A DNA stretch of 64,000 nt from Marsupella aquatica (lineage: Eukaryota; Plantae; Marchantiophyta). The notes below the pieces were generated by a model. It ran no database searches and had not been told where the DNA came from. It saw only the letters and a list, made by a program, of their open reading frames with translations. The position numbers and the translations under genes were made by a program. The DNA lies in NCBI GenBank assembly GCA_973895155.1, contig OZ316893.1:620860-684859 (forward strand), given 5' to 3'. Every line of letters starts with the position of its first letter. Positions within the stretch are counted from its first letter, which is position 1. This document shows, one piece after another, positions 13,301 through 26,935 of this stretch.

Positions 13301-16300
13301 ACATAACACACAAAACAAAAGTACAAAGGTACTAAAGAGTTGTGCACATATAATACATATTTTCACTTGCTTCTAGATAATGACAGTTAACTCAATTAAA
13401 ACCATAAATTTTTGTAAAGGAACCACTAGGGGAACTTAGTACACCACATGTGCACATTGTTCAAATTCATTTATCTCACTCTCATGAGAAAAAAAGTGAA
13501 TTCACCAAGGAGTGAATGAAAGATTAAATATTCAAATACATTCAAAATACTATAAGTTCACTAAAATTGAAAGGGGTCCAAAAGTTAATTCAAAATCAAA
13601 TTAATACAAATGATTTGCTTTGTTAAGGCACATTAAAATCAAAATACTAGGCACAAAATATGAATAAGACAAAATGTGAAAGGTAGATTCACCAGTTTGG
13701 CTTTGAATGATCACTGTCAAACCTAATAACTCAATTGATCAGATCTGGTATCTGTACTTATCAAACTCTAGGCTTAAAAGCCCGTCCCCAGTTCCAACTA
13801 TGCCTAGAGCTAGTCATAATTGAGTGCCTTCTCGTTAGATGGTGGGCCATTATTCTACTCTACCCCATCGGCATGGTCGTCACTCTTCTAGAAATTTTTC
13901 TTAACCAAGCTTTAGATCTTGTTTTATTAAATAGATTGATTATTTAGGTCATCAAGTGTGACACTGTATACTGCTTTTTAAAACTCATTTTGACAATTTC
14001 ATATGAGTAGGCTTGATCAAGGCAAAGTTCTAAACCGGCAAATTCATAGTGTCATTTACAACTCATTTCAACAATTTAATATGATTACCTTGACGGAGGT
14101 AACTTGTACACCGTGAGTGGGTTGAGGAGCTAGATGTGCACTCTTCCTTGTTAAAAAAAATATTAGAAATAATGCACATGCAGAATTTTATTTATCCTTG
14201 GAGAGTTCAAATATGGGAAAGTTTGATGATTCCATACGGGTTATCATCAAAAACCCTTATGGAATAACTGTTTAACTGTGAATTTGGTTATCATCAAATA
14301 AATAACTGTGACAATATAGCCAAATGTCCATCCGGGCTTTAGTTTGGGAAAAGTAGCTAAAAGCTGTACATTTAATATCATGTTATAGTTTTTCAACAAG
14401 TAAATTGATAAGATTATAAACCCAGTTTCCCCCTAAGATGGTATAAAAAGCATTAGAAAGGATCAGTTCTTTTGATTCTTGGGGCAGCCCAAAGTGTAAC
14501 CAACTCAGTAAAACCATGATCTTGAATTCCACTGGCAGAGTCTTAGATCTAGTGATCGACAACTAATTAGATACAACTTACCTGAACACAGTACTCATGT
14601 AACTATAAACTATTACTCTTCCCTTATCCCTTGCAATCTGTTGTTACAACTGGCAAGTGAACAACAATTGAAACAAAATGCTACATGCATATGAGAACAT
14701 AAAGCAATGCACTTAAAAATATGCAGCCCAGGTTGATCCTTATCATCTTAACAACCTCATTTCACCAGTTCAATAACACAATATCCAACTAGTTAAATAA
14801 CTATACCAGTTGTGCAGCAAAATCATGATCTAAATTAGCCAGTAACATCTACTGTAGACAACTCACAACATGTGCAGCAAACCCATGTTTGCCTATTTGT
14901 TGTAGACCCATGCGTGACTAATTCAGTTTAGGGTTTTAGCATTGGACCCTAAACCCTTTAGCAAGACCATGCTTAGCTTATTTTAGCATTGGACCCATGC
15001 TCTACTAATTTTTTTCTGTGACCTTGGCTAATTTTAGTAATGCACCCATGCTCCACACATGTGAGATCGTAGACCGTAACCCCTACTATGCATGTTTAGG
15101 GTGTAGGGTTTGTCATAGAGAGAAAACACTCATATATATTATATTATATTATATATACAGAACATTTCATAGATTTAGGTAAATGTGCTTGCATTACATA
15201 TTTATTACACACATGATACATCTCTTGATACTTACAGGTAGACCTTGACCCTTAACAATGCTAGTATCCTTAATGTTTTGACGGAGCAGCTATTGTGTAA
15301 TCACTTTCTGATCAGTTTACTTGAATTGTGTTAGTTCCAAAACACTGTAAGTATGATTGCTTATTCTCAAGGACAACATAATATCATCACCAGTGCACCC
15401 CGATATGTCATGCAACCTACTGTAAGTCATTGCTTTGAACTGAACATAAATTAAACTAGATCATTTGGATAAAAGCAGTTAGTTGCAAATTATATGTAAC
15501 TCAATAGAGCACATGTTCTCTCTCTATAAGTGTTTGTACATGCATGCGATTTTATCAGGTGATCTAGAGTCCTGAAGATCCTTAAACATTGGTATATTTG
15601 GGTTAAGTGAAACAAACAGACTTGCAGATAAACCTCATATATTACTAATATTTTGATTGACTGTGCCAAAGCAGGTAAATCTTCTTTCCCTCACATTGGT
15701 GGTGGAGTTCAACAACGGAGATATCTCAGATTTGATCTGGTAACATTTTCTCTTTGTTATCAATCAGCATGAAGAAGCAATCAACAATATATGTACTTTC
15801 AGCTACAAAGTGCATATTAAGCTAGCTGATCTAATGGTACTTATAGACAAATGCATTCAAGATTCTCGTGATCTTATGTTAAAATTCTGGCCAAATACGG
15901 TAAGGAATTGATGTCATTTGAGCTGACAACTAAACATACACTGAAGAATTTTGTTATAAGACTAATGTGTTTCAAAACCGTAGATGGTACTTGTTGAGAA
16001 GTACCTACCAATTCAAATGAGTGCTACCTGCCATCCCAAACTAGAATGCTTTTGACCACATAATCATGTAGGATTTCCACTGTAGCCAAAAAGTATCCAG
16101 GTGATTTAGATTGGGAACTTGAAGATTACTTAGACATACTCAACAAAATCCTCATTTAAAAGTTTCATTTGGCCAATCATTCAATAGGAAAGATGATAAT
16201 TGTCTAAGTTGTGGAAGCGAGAGTATTCTTTGCCTTGACAATAACTGTGGGGTCTCCTCCGATGTTTGTAACTTGACTGTTACATCATTCAACGACTCAT

Positions 16301-17066
16301 GTAATTTTGGGGTAAGTGACAAGCTTAGTAAGCTGTCTCTCCTTCAATTTCATTTCTTCAATGTAGCACGTAATCAGGTGCACAACCAATGGTCACTGTT
16401 GATTAATTTTAGTGAATCACTACAACATTTATTTAGAGAAAATCTAGAGAATAGGATAAACAATGTTCACCTACCACAAAATTTTGGACATGACTGATTT
16501 AGGACTTAAAGTTGGAACCTCATAATATGATTTGGTCAAAAGAATAAATAATTTTGAGGTGCAGCCGTGAAGTTTTTGGAATATTTGTTGTAGTTAGTAT
16601 CAAGAATAAAGGATAAGTCATTGGTTCCACACCTTTAAAAGCCAACCTCTTGGGCTCTTTGCTCCCTTAATTTGGTTTCCAGGAGCATCTTTGGGGCCTG
16701 CCCCTGGAGAAAATTTTGGTCTCTCAGTAATAGCTCGTACGCTTTAATAGTAAATCACAAAATAGATGTGGAAAGTCACGATATGGATGTACGGTTTTAG
16801 AACTCCTTTTATGAGCATTTACTTGGACCCTCTTTTGTTTGTTATCCTCTTTTGTTTGTTCTTTTGTATTCTGTTTGGTGTTTTTCTGTACATTTTCTTT
16901 TAATTTATTTGGAGGCCGCATTTTAGGGTTATGTCCCCTTAGCTATATGCAATATTATTTTATTTTTAATGAAATCTTTCAAGGCTAAAGAAACCCAACC
17001 ATGGCGTGCCAGGTAATCTTTGTCTACCCTCATCTGGTTTATATTTTAAAACAATTTATTCACTGT

Positions 17067-17090
17067 GGGGGGGGGGGGGGGGGGGGGGGG
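17067..17090. repeat. Poly-G tract (24 nt)
   Basis: Read directly from the sequence. Confidence 0.95.
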
Positions 17091-18544
17091 AGGCCATTGG
17101 AAACCCCACCTAGGACAGGCAGCCAGGTATAATATGTTTCCTTTTCTTTGGATGTGCAACCAAATTTTGTTTAGATTAGCCAAGATTTATTTGGTTGTTT
17201 TAAGGACCAGTCTGCACCAGTAGTAGCTTCAAAATTGTTCAACTCCAAATGGAACACATAGTTTAAGCCGAGGTTTAAGCATGGAAACTGATGATCTGGG
17301 CTTCAACTTCCACCATATTTACAGCTCTGACTCAGTTGATAAGCAGCACATGTTTGTATCTGGATACAGAGAAGCAGCTACAATGTAATCAAACAAAAAT
17401 CCCTTGCAGAGAGAGGCTCTAGACTGACAAAAATGCTGTGTTTACTTCCGTCTAACTGTCCATCCTCCCATACATGATGCCGTTGCACACTGCTGAGGAT
17501 GACTTGGGGTCATGTTCATGAGTCTTAATTCTCATTGGTTAGTGAAAGGGACTGTAGGGTCTAGAATGTTTGGCTCAGAAAGCAATGTAAGAGAGTAAAC
17601 AACAGATGACCTCATATCAAATTTACACCTATAATACTCAATCTCGCCCAATTTCATCTTTGGCCCCTTTATGAATTCACATTTGGGGGGATTGATTCTA
17701 GATTGTTGGGTCATTTCATGACATTTTGCTGAGGAAAAATGGGGTGAGTCTTGAGCCTTGCACTTACTAGGCCCATGCCTTGGCTGTACACTCCAGGCCA
17801 GGAGTACAGTTTGCCATCCACCGGTAGCAAGGACTGTAACCTTTGCCACAGGCTAGCCCTAATATTTATTCCACCGATAGCAAGGACTGTACCCCTTGCC
17901 ATAGGCTAGCCCTGTATTCTCTGTTGCCACCTTGCCCTGCCACCTCACAAGGACAGTACCTAGCTGTACACTCTCCTTGCATTTGGAATTCCTGTACAAT
18001 ATATATACTGCCCTAAATGAGTAGCAGGGCACATGGAAGCAAAGGATGAGGCTGGAGGAGAGAAGAAATTAAAGTGTAAATTTGACCAAAGTTGTAAATT
18101 CTATATTTTTCAATTCGCATGTTACATTGATCTATGCATAGTTGTATTTTTATTATGGGTGCAAACCAACTACTTACTTTACCTAGATAGAGTGAAGTAA
18201 AATTGCTATTTGAATAGTTCAAATGAAGAAATCAATATTCTCATAAAACACTTTTTAATGAATTAATAAACCAAATTACTATTTAAAATTAGCTTGGCAG
18301 TTTTTTTAATGGCTGGAAAATGCATTTATCTACTTCTGTATTATGCAATGCCGCCAAAAAGTACTTTTGTATGCTTACAATATTGAAAATGGAGGGAATC
18401 AACCTGAGGCATTGGATTTTTAAAGAGTTTTTTTTATGTACTCTTGGATTGATTGACCAGGAGTGTCAATTAAATGATATACTTCTCTTTATAATAGATA
18501 GTGAGTACATGAGATGATTCCTAGATGATATCACCTAAAATGTG

Positions 18545-18900
18545 AGCTCACATTGATATCTTTTGTTCTCCTTGACATATTTTCTCTCCTTGAAATCTTT
18601 TTCTCCTTTCAACATTTTCTCCACTACATTATTTGCTCACCTCAACATCTTTTCTCTCCTCAACCTTTTCTAACACCTCAATATTTTTTGCTCACCTCTA
18701 CATCTTTTCTCTCCGACCTCGACATGTTTTATCACCTTGACATCTTTCGTTCACCTCAATATCTTTTTTTTCTCTCTTTGACACCTTTTATCACCTCAAC
18801 ATCTTTTGCTCTCCTTGACAACTTTTATCACCTCAACATCTTTTGCTCACTTTGACATCATTTTTCTCCTCGACATCTTTTATCACCTTAACATCTTTCG
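18545..18900. repeat. Degenerate pyrimidine-rich minisatellite (~19/38-bp unit tcacctcaacatcttttgctctccttgacatcttt)
   Basis: Many imperfect copies of cacctcaacatcttt and ctccttgacatcttt. Confidence 0.8.
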
Positions 18901-19759
18901 TGCAACGCACGTGTGGGCCAATCCCTCATTATTCCCTATATGGGGTCCTTGCTTATTAATTTTCCATATTACTATTCCACAATTAGTTGCCTTGTTAATG
19001 TTGTTTTCATGGATCCTAATTAGTCTATTTATTTCCCTCTTTAGTCAATGAAGAAGTGGTATTGTATTCCTTTTTGTCATAGTCAACCAATGAGGGCCCC
19101 CTTTTACACATACTTGCCAGGTCTAAAGTTGAACTGCATTATACCATTTATGTATTTGTATTATTAAACATGAAAGTAAACTAGTGAGTGGCTCCATAAC
19201 TCAAAAGCCTTGGCTGGCTTTACTTGCGCTAGACAAACGGTTGTCTCCAGCCTTTCCTTTTTTTATTTAAATGAGGAGTTGTCAGGACTCTCCCCTCCTT
19301 GTTTTGTTGCCGCATCTTTCCTTTACTGTCCTTCCACTTCACTGCCACCCTCATCGTAGTTTCCAATGTTAGCAAATATCCCCAAATCTCAATCTTGCAT
19401 ACTTGTCCAGGCTTCAATTCAAGAAACTTTTGATTTATTGACTCTTATTAAAACTTTTTGTGGTGTAGGAATTCAAGTAGTAGATGGCAATTGTAACGAA
19501 GTTTTCTGTGTTTCTGGCAGGTAAATGTTGCGTTTGCAGGAACAGACAAGAACCAAAAATCACTTCAGTCATGGTACCAAGTTGCCAACACACAAAAATT
19601 TTCACTATCAGAAATCTATGCAAGCATATCAAGTAGGATTACAAATAACATTAATGCAATAAACAATGCAGTAGACGGAGGCACTCCTCCACCATTGTGG
19701 TACTAACAAAAACTGAAAGCATGATCTAGCATGATAGTTTCAAAGAGTGTATATATGTA

Positions 19760-20099
19760 TGTTGAGCAATGGACCACTCATAGATAGCATGCTCATGTGA
19801 AATCTCCAACAAGGAGCTAGTCAACACAAGAGATTTGTGGTTCACGTTTTTGAGAGGCTACATTCATGGGGACACACAAGAGAGTTACACTGTACTATAA
19901 TAAGGCCCATTGGCCATACCAAGTCTCAACAGCATAATTTTCCTACCTCTCAGGCAACTCACCAATGAGCTTAAATTCACTCACAAGTCAACTCTTGCTT
20001 TTGCATATACTAAGTAACATATCTGATCTTTATCAAGTACTTGACTATGACTAAATATGTTTACATTATAACTCTAGACCCAAGAGAAAATGCCTAACA
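19760..20099. mobile_element. Putative solo LTR
   Basis: Has TGTT...AACA termini and is flanked on both sides by ATATGTA. The end motif ctagacccaagagaaaatgcctaaca recurs at about 9262 and 20377. Confidence 0.45.
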
Positions 20100-23000
20100 A
20101 TATGTATAGGTATGGGCAAATTGGGATTTATAAGGCTTAGTACTCTGAAACATTTTTCTCCCTTAACTTTCCCTGAGACTTGATTCGGAGAAAGGATTTG
20201 TAAATGGCCAGCAAATGCTGCTTAAGCTTGACCCTTGGCGGGGGAATCAATGGGAGTAAAACTTCTAAAACACCTATGAACAAACTGTCCCAAGTAGTAC
20301 AGTTTGTCCAGTGCATTCCTTTCCTTTTCCAGTTAAATGAGTATATTTAGACTAACTACCATTATTGGCATTGATTCTAGACCCAAGAACAAATGCCCAA
20401 CAGACTCATCCTAGTAGTCCATGGTCAATGGATAGTCACTAATTCCAAATTTCTGTCTTTCATTCTGAACCCCCGGGTGCAGGATAGGGAGCACCATTTA
20501 GGATAGGATGGCCATGTGTGGGTTGGAAAATTAAACCCAATCCTTAATATGGGAGGGTACTTTGTCATTTTTAAATCACTTAGTTGGGTTGTTTCTTTTA
20601 ATGGCCATTTTGGTTTTCACTAGTTCAGGGGCCTCACCTTGATAGTGACATTGACATTGTTTTCTTTTAATGGCCAAAGGCCGTTTTTGTTTTCACTAGT
20701 TCATGGGCCTCACCATGTGAATGACATTTTGTTTTTTTAATAATTTTCCTTGTGAATGACATTGACAATGATCCGTTTGGGATCAGTGCTATGTCAACTT
20801 CTGGTTTGGAATGATTTGGATGGCCCTTGGCCAGGTATGGGAAAATTGAAAGGCCATCCTCTCCTAAAGTATCTTGAAGTAGTGGCACTAGCTCAATCTC
20901 TTAGGGTGGCTTTCTAAGCATTCGATGCACTGGTAATTTTTTTCACCAAAGCAAAGTGGAGGGTCACTTTTCGTGAATGGGCAAATTCCAGACCCAAAAA
21001 TCTTTTTCAATGAAGGAGCCAAGCAGTGGAGACGATCACTGCCTTCTTGTGGCTATTGAGAATCCTCAGGATATCATAGTGCAGTCGGATCTCTCCTTTT
21101 ACCTCACGTCAATCGTATCAGCGGCAACACTGTTTTGTACGACGGGAGGCAATCAATGCCCACTCGAATCGCAGTGCTCAGCTGCCTCAGCTCGTCTCAC
21201 TTAGCTGGGCTCAGTCCAGCTGAATTTAAGTGGCAAGCTGAAGGTTTGTGAGAGAAAACTCGAGTGACAGATCAGGGTTTAACAGTGCCGCCTTCTCACG
21301 GTTTGTCCTCCTCGCCACCAAGTACCCTACATGAATCCAACGAGATCCCCGGTAGCTATCCCGAATCCCGGGCTGTCACATGCTAACAATGCTTGTAGCA
21401 TTCACAATCAGCTAATAATTACTCGTCGTAGCTCATAAGTTCATTTGCTTTAGTTGCTATTTATGGGAGCTGGTACCGAGCTGTATGTAGCTGCATGCTG
21501 ACAAATCCAGCGATCCCTGTGGGGTTCGCACTTTTACACGGCCTCTCGCGGTCTTTGGGCAGAGAATTCCTACTAAGGCCATGGCTATATTCGATGTTTT
21601 TCTGCGTTTCAACCCTAAATGCTGGGCAACAATACTTCTCAAGTCGTAGTCCCCAAGGAAGCGGGACAGAATCTCTTTTTCAGCCCGGGATACTTTTTCG
21701 CCCTGCTCAATTCTTGGATAATGTGTTTTGCTACTACTATGCTTCCAGGGGTAAACTCCAACTGCTACGTTGAGCTGAGATTCCTCTGCTCGGGTAAGGT
21801 TTCCCCACAGGGCCTTCGCCTAGTGAATTACCTTTCCTTAGTCCAAGGGGAAGGAAAGATGAGACTTGAAATTGAGGGCTCTGCAAAATTCCACTACTTA
21901 GACTGATTCGAACGTTTGTCAAACCGGTAAGCTCTCTATTCCGGGCACGGGAACGGAGCTGAGTCGATGGAAATTTTGGATATGGACCGTTTTCGGCAAC
22001 ACCCGACAGCCAGGTATGTCTCATTTTCTATGCTTGTCATTTTGTTGGATTATGATATGACCAAACGACCTCGAATACATTCTCAACAAAGACGTTTGAT
22101 TTGCAGAGTTCATCCTTCGTCTTCCGGTTTGATTGGTAATGGCATCAGCCATTGTTCTTGTACAAGGCCTTCAGGTAATAAGACTGAAGACCGATTTGAA
22201 CTTTGTGATTTCGTACTTTTAATCAAAAACCCTTCTTCCAGCACCATGGTGTGACACTTCTAGTTGCATGAATTTCCTGCTATGAGGCTGATGTTGAAGA
22301 CTTGACTTGCACTTCAAGTTGTGATCCTTTATTCATCTCCCAGGAACAACAGAGGAGGGGCGGGGGGTGTCACATTCATGTCATTTGTCTTCTCCAGCCG
22401 ATTTAAAGAATGCTGGATAGGATTTATCTCTGAATTGTAGGGGAGGGAGCGGAGCGCTTTCATTTTCATGTCATCCTTGTCTAATCATATTGGATTCTGT
22501 CGAGCCAAATTATAGATTCTGGCTAGGCTTTATTTCTGAATTGTAGTCTCTTTACAAAAACCTGAGATTCTGGATTGCGTATAGCATAGAAAGGACAGTG
22601 TAGGCAACTTGCAAATGAACGCCATTCAAGGTTCCTGAAGGGTCAATTGTGTATGCAACTTCAGGATAACACGTCACTGCTTGATGTAATTTTTAGTGCC
22701 AATTTGATCGGCTCTTGACTCTGTCCTTTCTATGGTTACACTGATATTCCAGAGTATGAACGAGCTTAGTGATACTTGGGGTTATCACATTTATTTCAGT
22801 TTTGTATTCTAACATCATGCAATTCTTGACAGACAGCCGTTCCTCTCAATTGAAAAGGAGTCATATAACTTTTGCAAGTTATGTTTATCAAAGATCACAG
22901 CAGAGCAAGGGATTCAAGAAAATATGTCTATCGACGGAGGTAGGCATGCATCCTACCCGTGAAACTCGATACTTACCGGTCTGCTATCTATTTCTGAACG

Positions 23001-23158
23001 ATTATTGTAGAATGATCATTGAGAAACATAGTCCTCAAGAAATAAGTACAAATGTATTGCACCTCGTGGAATATCCTGGATTTTGTCCTGGTACCATATC
23101 TGATTGTGGGTTGTGGTGCTGACAGAGGAAGCCCAGTGGACCTAAATTGAATCATCAG

Positions 23159-26100
23159 ATGACAAGGAAAGCACTTTGGGTCGATGAATGGTCAACTCCA
23201 GCATGGGTTAAGGCAAGGATGAATTTGATTACTCAGTACAGACCTCTATGTCATGTCACTTGTTGCACGAGAGACTGGTCTCAAGTCACTGAACAAGGGA
23301 GTGGCAGTAGGCATATGCATAATGCTGGTACCACGCGTGAAACAATTGCTGTTTTGAAAGATCGTCTACAACGAGGCATTACCATACCCTCCTATACATA
23401 TGTGAAAGTTCTGCAAATGTGCTTGCAACAAAAAGACCTTTCAGCAGCCAAGCAAATTCATGATTGCATCATCGAGAGTGGAATTGATAAGAGTCCTTAT
23501 GTGGCCATCACGCTCGTGAATGTGTACATCAAATGCGGAGGATTGTCTCATGCACGTAAAGTTTTTGATCAACTCCAGAAGAAGGGTGTTATTACTTGGA
23601 CCAACATGATTGCAGGATATGCTAAGAATGATCAGGTTCAACCTGCATTCGAACTTTTAAATCAGATGTGCCAAGAAGGCGTGCAGCCTAATGAGATCAC
23701 ATATCTGACCATTCTGAAAGGATGTGCCAGCCCATTAGCCCTAACATGCGGAAAAGAAATTCATGAGCGTATTCGAATCGCCGGATTTGAATCAGACGTG
23801 CGTGTAGGGACTTCCCTCGTACTGATGTACGCAAAATGTGGGTGCATCACCGAGGCAAGGGAAGTTTTTGAAAAGTTGACCAATCGAAATGTCGTTACAT
23901 GGAATGTTTTGATTGGAGGATATGCAGAACGTGGTGATGGTGTGGAAGCATATCGACTGTTTCTCCGAATGAGACGGGAAGGTTTAGAACCGGATGCATT
24001 CACTTACGCGAGCATCCTGAAAGCACCTGCAAGTGAGGGGGCTTTAGAATGGGTGAAGGACGTTCATAGCCAGGCTAGCAAAGCGGGACTCGAGTCAGAT
24101 TTGCGTGTAGGTAATGCACTGGTCCACATGTATGCAGAGAGTGGCAGTATAGATGATGCCCGACTAGTGTTTGACAAATTGGAGAGACGCGATGTAGTTA
24201 CTTGGACTGCTATGATCGGTGGACTTGCAAAACATGGATGTGGGCATGAAGCATATCGAATGTTTCTCCAAATGAGACGCGAAGGCTTCGAACCACATGC
24301 AATCACGTATCTGAGCATCCTGAATGCCTCTGCAAATTCGGGGGCCTTGGAATGGGTGAAGGAGATTCATGGCCATGCTGCCAAAGCGGGACTGGAGTCA
24401 GATTTGCGTGTGGGAAATGCAATTGTTCACATGTATGCAGAGAGTGGCAGTATAAATGACGCCCGAGTTGTTTTTGACAGAATGGAGAAACGCGATGTAG
24501 TGACATGGAATGTAATGATCGGTGGACTTGCACAACATGGATGTGGGCATGAAGCATATCGACTGTTTCTCAAAATGAGGCGTGACGGCTTCGAACCAAA
24601 TGCAATCACTTATGTGAGCATCCTGAATGCATCTGCAAGTGCGGGGGCTTTGGAGTGGGTGAAGGAGATTCATGGCCATGCTATCAACGATGGACTGGAG
24701 TCAGATTTGCGTGTGGGCAATGCATTCGTTCACTTGTATGCAGAGAGTGGTAGTATATGTGACGCCCGACTTGTTTTTGACAGACTGGAGAAACGCAATG
24801 TAGTGACATGGAATGTTATGATCGGTGGACTTGCACAACATGGATGTGGGCATGAAGCCTATCAACTGTTTCTCCAAATGAGACGGGAAGGTGTCGAACC
24901 AGATGCATTCACTTACGCGAGCATCCTGAATGCATCTGCAAGTGAGGGGGCTTTGGTGTGGGTGATGGACGTTGACGCCCAGGCATGCAGAGCGGGACTG
25001 GGGTCCGATTTGCGTGTAGGCAATGCACTGGTTCACATGTATGCAGAGAGTGGCAGTATCGATGATGCCCGACGAGTGTTTGACAGAATGGAGAAACGCG
25101 ATGTAGTGACATGGAATGTAATAATCGGTGGACTTGCACAGCATGGATGTGGACATGAAGCATATCGACGTTTTCTCCAAATGAGACGTGAAGGGTACGA
25201 ACCAAATGCGATTTCTTATTTGAGTATCCTGAATGCATCTGCAAGTGACGGGGCTTTGGAATGGGTGAAAGACGTTCATGGCCAGGCCAGCAAAGCGGGA
25301 CTGGAGTCAGATTTGCGTGTATGTAATGCACTGGTTCACATGTATGCAGAGAGTGGCAGTATAGATGATGCCCGACTGCTGTTTGACAAAATGGAGAAAC
25401 GCGATGTAGTCACGTGGAATGTAATGATCGGTGCACTGTCACAACATGGATGTGGGCATGAAGCACATCGACTGTTTCTCCAAATGAGATGCGATGGCTT
25501 CGAAGCAAATGCAATCACTTATGTGAGTATCCTAAATCCCTCTGCAAGTGAGGGGGCTTTGGAATGGATGAAAGACGTTCATGGGCAGGCTAGCAAAGTG
25601 GGACTCGAGTCAGATTTGCGTGTAGGCAATGCACTGGTGCACATGTATGCGGAGAGTGGCAGTATAAATGACGCCCGACTTGTTTTCGACAGAATGGAGA
25701 AAAGGGATGTAGTCACATGGACTGTAATGATTGGTGGACTTTCGCAACATGGATGTGGGCATGAAGCATATCGACTGTTTCTCGAAATGAGACGCGAAGG
25801 CTTCGAACCAAATGCAATCACTTATCTGAGCATCCTGAATACATCTGCGAGTGCGGGGGCTTTGGAATGGTTGAAAGATATTCATGGCCATGCTACGAAA
25901 GCGGGACTGGATTTAGATTTGCGTGTGGGCAATGCACTGGTTCACATGTATGCCAAGAGTGGGAGTATTGGTGACGCCCGACTTGTTTTTGACAGAATGG
26001 AGAAACGCGATGTAGTGACATGGAATGTTATGATTGGTGGTCTTGCACAACATGGGTGTGGGAATGAAGCCCTGGAGCTATTCAGAAAAATGACCGCAAA

Positions 26101-26935
26101 CGGTGTGAAGCCCAACGTGTATTCATTCGTGGGGGTGTTGTCAGCCTGTTGTCACGGAGGCCTTGTTGATGACGGCCGTAGAGTGTTTTTAGCTATGACG
26201 CAGGATTATGGCGTCGAGCCTGGTATTGTGCATTATAACTGCATGGTTGACCTTCTTGGGCGGGCTGGACATTTGGAGGAAGCGAAGGTGTTCATTAGGG
26301 ACATGCGAGTTGAACCAGATGAAGTCACTTGGAAAACGTTGCTTGGAGCGTGTAGAACTTACGGTAATGTGGAGTTGGGCGAAGTTGCTGCTAAAGAGCT
26401 TCTGAAGTTGGGTCCCAATGATGCTTCTGCGTATGTGCTCCTGTCTAACATCTATGCTGGAGCTGGCAAATGGGAGAAGAAGTCATTGGTGCGCACCATG
26501 ATGCAAAAGCGACGTGTTTGGAAGGTGCCAGGACGTAGCTGGATTGAAGTTGACAATAAGATCCATGAATTTCTTGTGGGGGATAGATCTCACCCAGAAG
26601 CGAAGGCAATATATACTGAGCTCAATAAATTGACTGAAAAACTGAAGGCTGAAGGCTACATTCCGGATACCCGACTTGTGTTGCATGATATGAAGGAGGC
26701 GGATAAAGAACTAGCTCTTTGCTCTCATAGTGAGAAGTTGGCTATTGCTTACGGACTTATGCACATACCTCAGGGGAAACCAATTCGGATATGGAAGAAC
26801 CTTCGGGTGTGTTCAGATTGCCATACCGCAACCAAGTTTATCTCTAGGGTGACTGGACGCGAGATTGTAGCCAGGGATGCCAATCGCTTTCACCATTTTA
26901 AAGCTGGCATATGTTCTTGTGGAGATTACTGGTGA
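23159..26935 (+). CDS. PLS-class pentatricopeptide repeat protein with E1/E2 and DYW deaminase domain (organellar C-to-U RNA-editing factor)
   Basis: Open ORF of about 1260 aa with P-L-S triplets, PG box (PGRSWIEV), HSEKLA, CSDCH and terminal CSCGDYW. The first in-frame ATG is at 23159. A probable 5'UTR intron runs from a donor near 22014 to an acceptor near 23125. Confidence 0.97.
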   Translation: MTRKALWVDEWSTPAWVKARMNLITQYRPLCHVTCCTRDWSQVTEQGSGSRHMHNAGTTRETIAVLKDRLQRGITIPSYTYVKVLQMCLQQKDLSAAKQIHDCIIESGIDKSPYVAITLVNVYIKCGGLSHARKVFDQLQKKGVITWTNMIAGYAKNDQVQPAFELLNQMCQEGVQPNEITYLTILKGCASPLALTCGKEIHERIRIAGFESDVRVGTSLVLMYAKCGCITEAREVFEKLTNRNVVTWNVLIGGYAERGDGVEAYRLFLRMRREGLEPDAFTYASILKAPASEGALEWVKDVHSQASKAGLESDLRVGNALVHMYAESGSIDDARLVFDKLERRDVVTWTAMIGGLAKHGCGHEAYRMFLQMRREGFEPHAITYLSILNASANSGALEWVKEIHGHAAKAGLESDLRVGNAIVHMYAESGSINDARVVFDRMEKRDVVTWNVMIGGLAQHGCGHEAYRLFLKMRRDGFEPNAITYVSILNASASAGALEWVKEIHGHAINDGLESDLRVGNAFVHLYAESGSICDARLVFDRLEKRNVVTWNVMIGGLAQHGCGHEAYQLFLQMRREGVEPDAFTYASILNASASEGALVWVMDVDAQACRAGLGSDLRVGNALVHMYAESGSIDDARRVFDRMEKRDVVTWNVIIGGLAQHGCGHEAYRRFLQMRREGYEPNAISYLSILNASASDGALEWVKDVHGQASKAGLESDLRVCNALVHMYAESGSIDDARLLFDKMEKRDVVTWNVMIGALSQHGCGHEAHRLFLQMRCDGFEANAITYVSILNPSASEGALEWMKDVHGQASKVGLESDLRVGNALVHMYAESGSINDARLVFDRMEKRDVVTWTVMIGGLSQHGCGHEAYRLFLEMRREGFEPNAITYLSILNTSASAGALEWLKDIHGHATKAGLDLDLRVGNALVHMYAKSGSIGDARLVFDRMEKRDVVTWNVMIGGLAQHGCGNEALELFRKMTANGVKPNVYSFVGVLSACCHGGLVDDGRRVFLAMTQDYGVEPGIVHYNCMVDLLGRAGHLEEAKVFIRDMRVEPDEVTWKTLLGACRTYGNVELGEVAAKELLKLGPNDASAYVLLSNIYAGAGKWEKKSLVRTMMQKRRVWKVPGRSWIEVDNKIHEFLVGDRSHPEAKAIYTELNKLTEKLKAEGYIPDTRLVLHDMKEADKELALCSHSEKLAIAYGLMHIPQGKPIRIWKNLRVCSDCHTATKFISRVTGREIVARDANRFHHFKAGICSCGDYW

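Noticed and set aside
17067-17090. Poly-G as a functional G-quadruplex
   Set aside because: It is an isolated homopolymer with no supporting context, and its length may be a sequencing artefact.
23441-26686. Many minus-strand ORFs inside the PPR gene
   Set aside because: They are antisense shadows of the repetitive PPR coding sequence.
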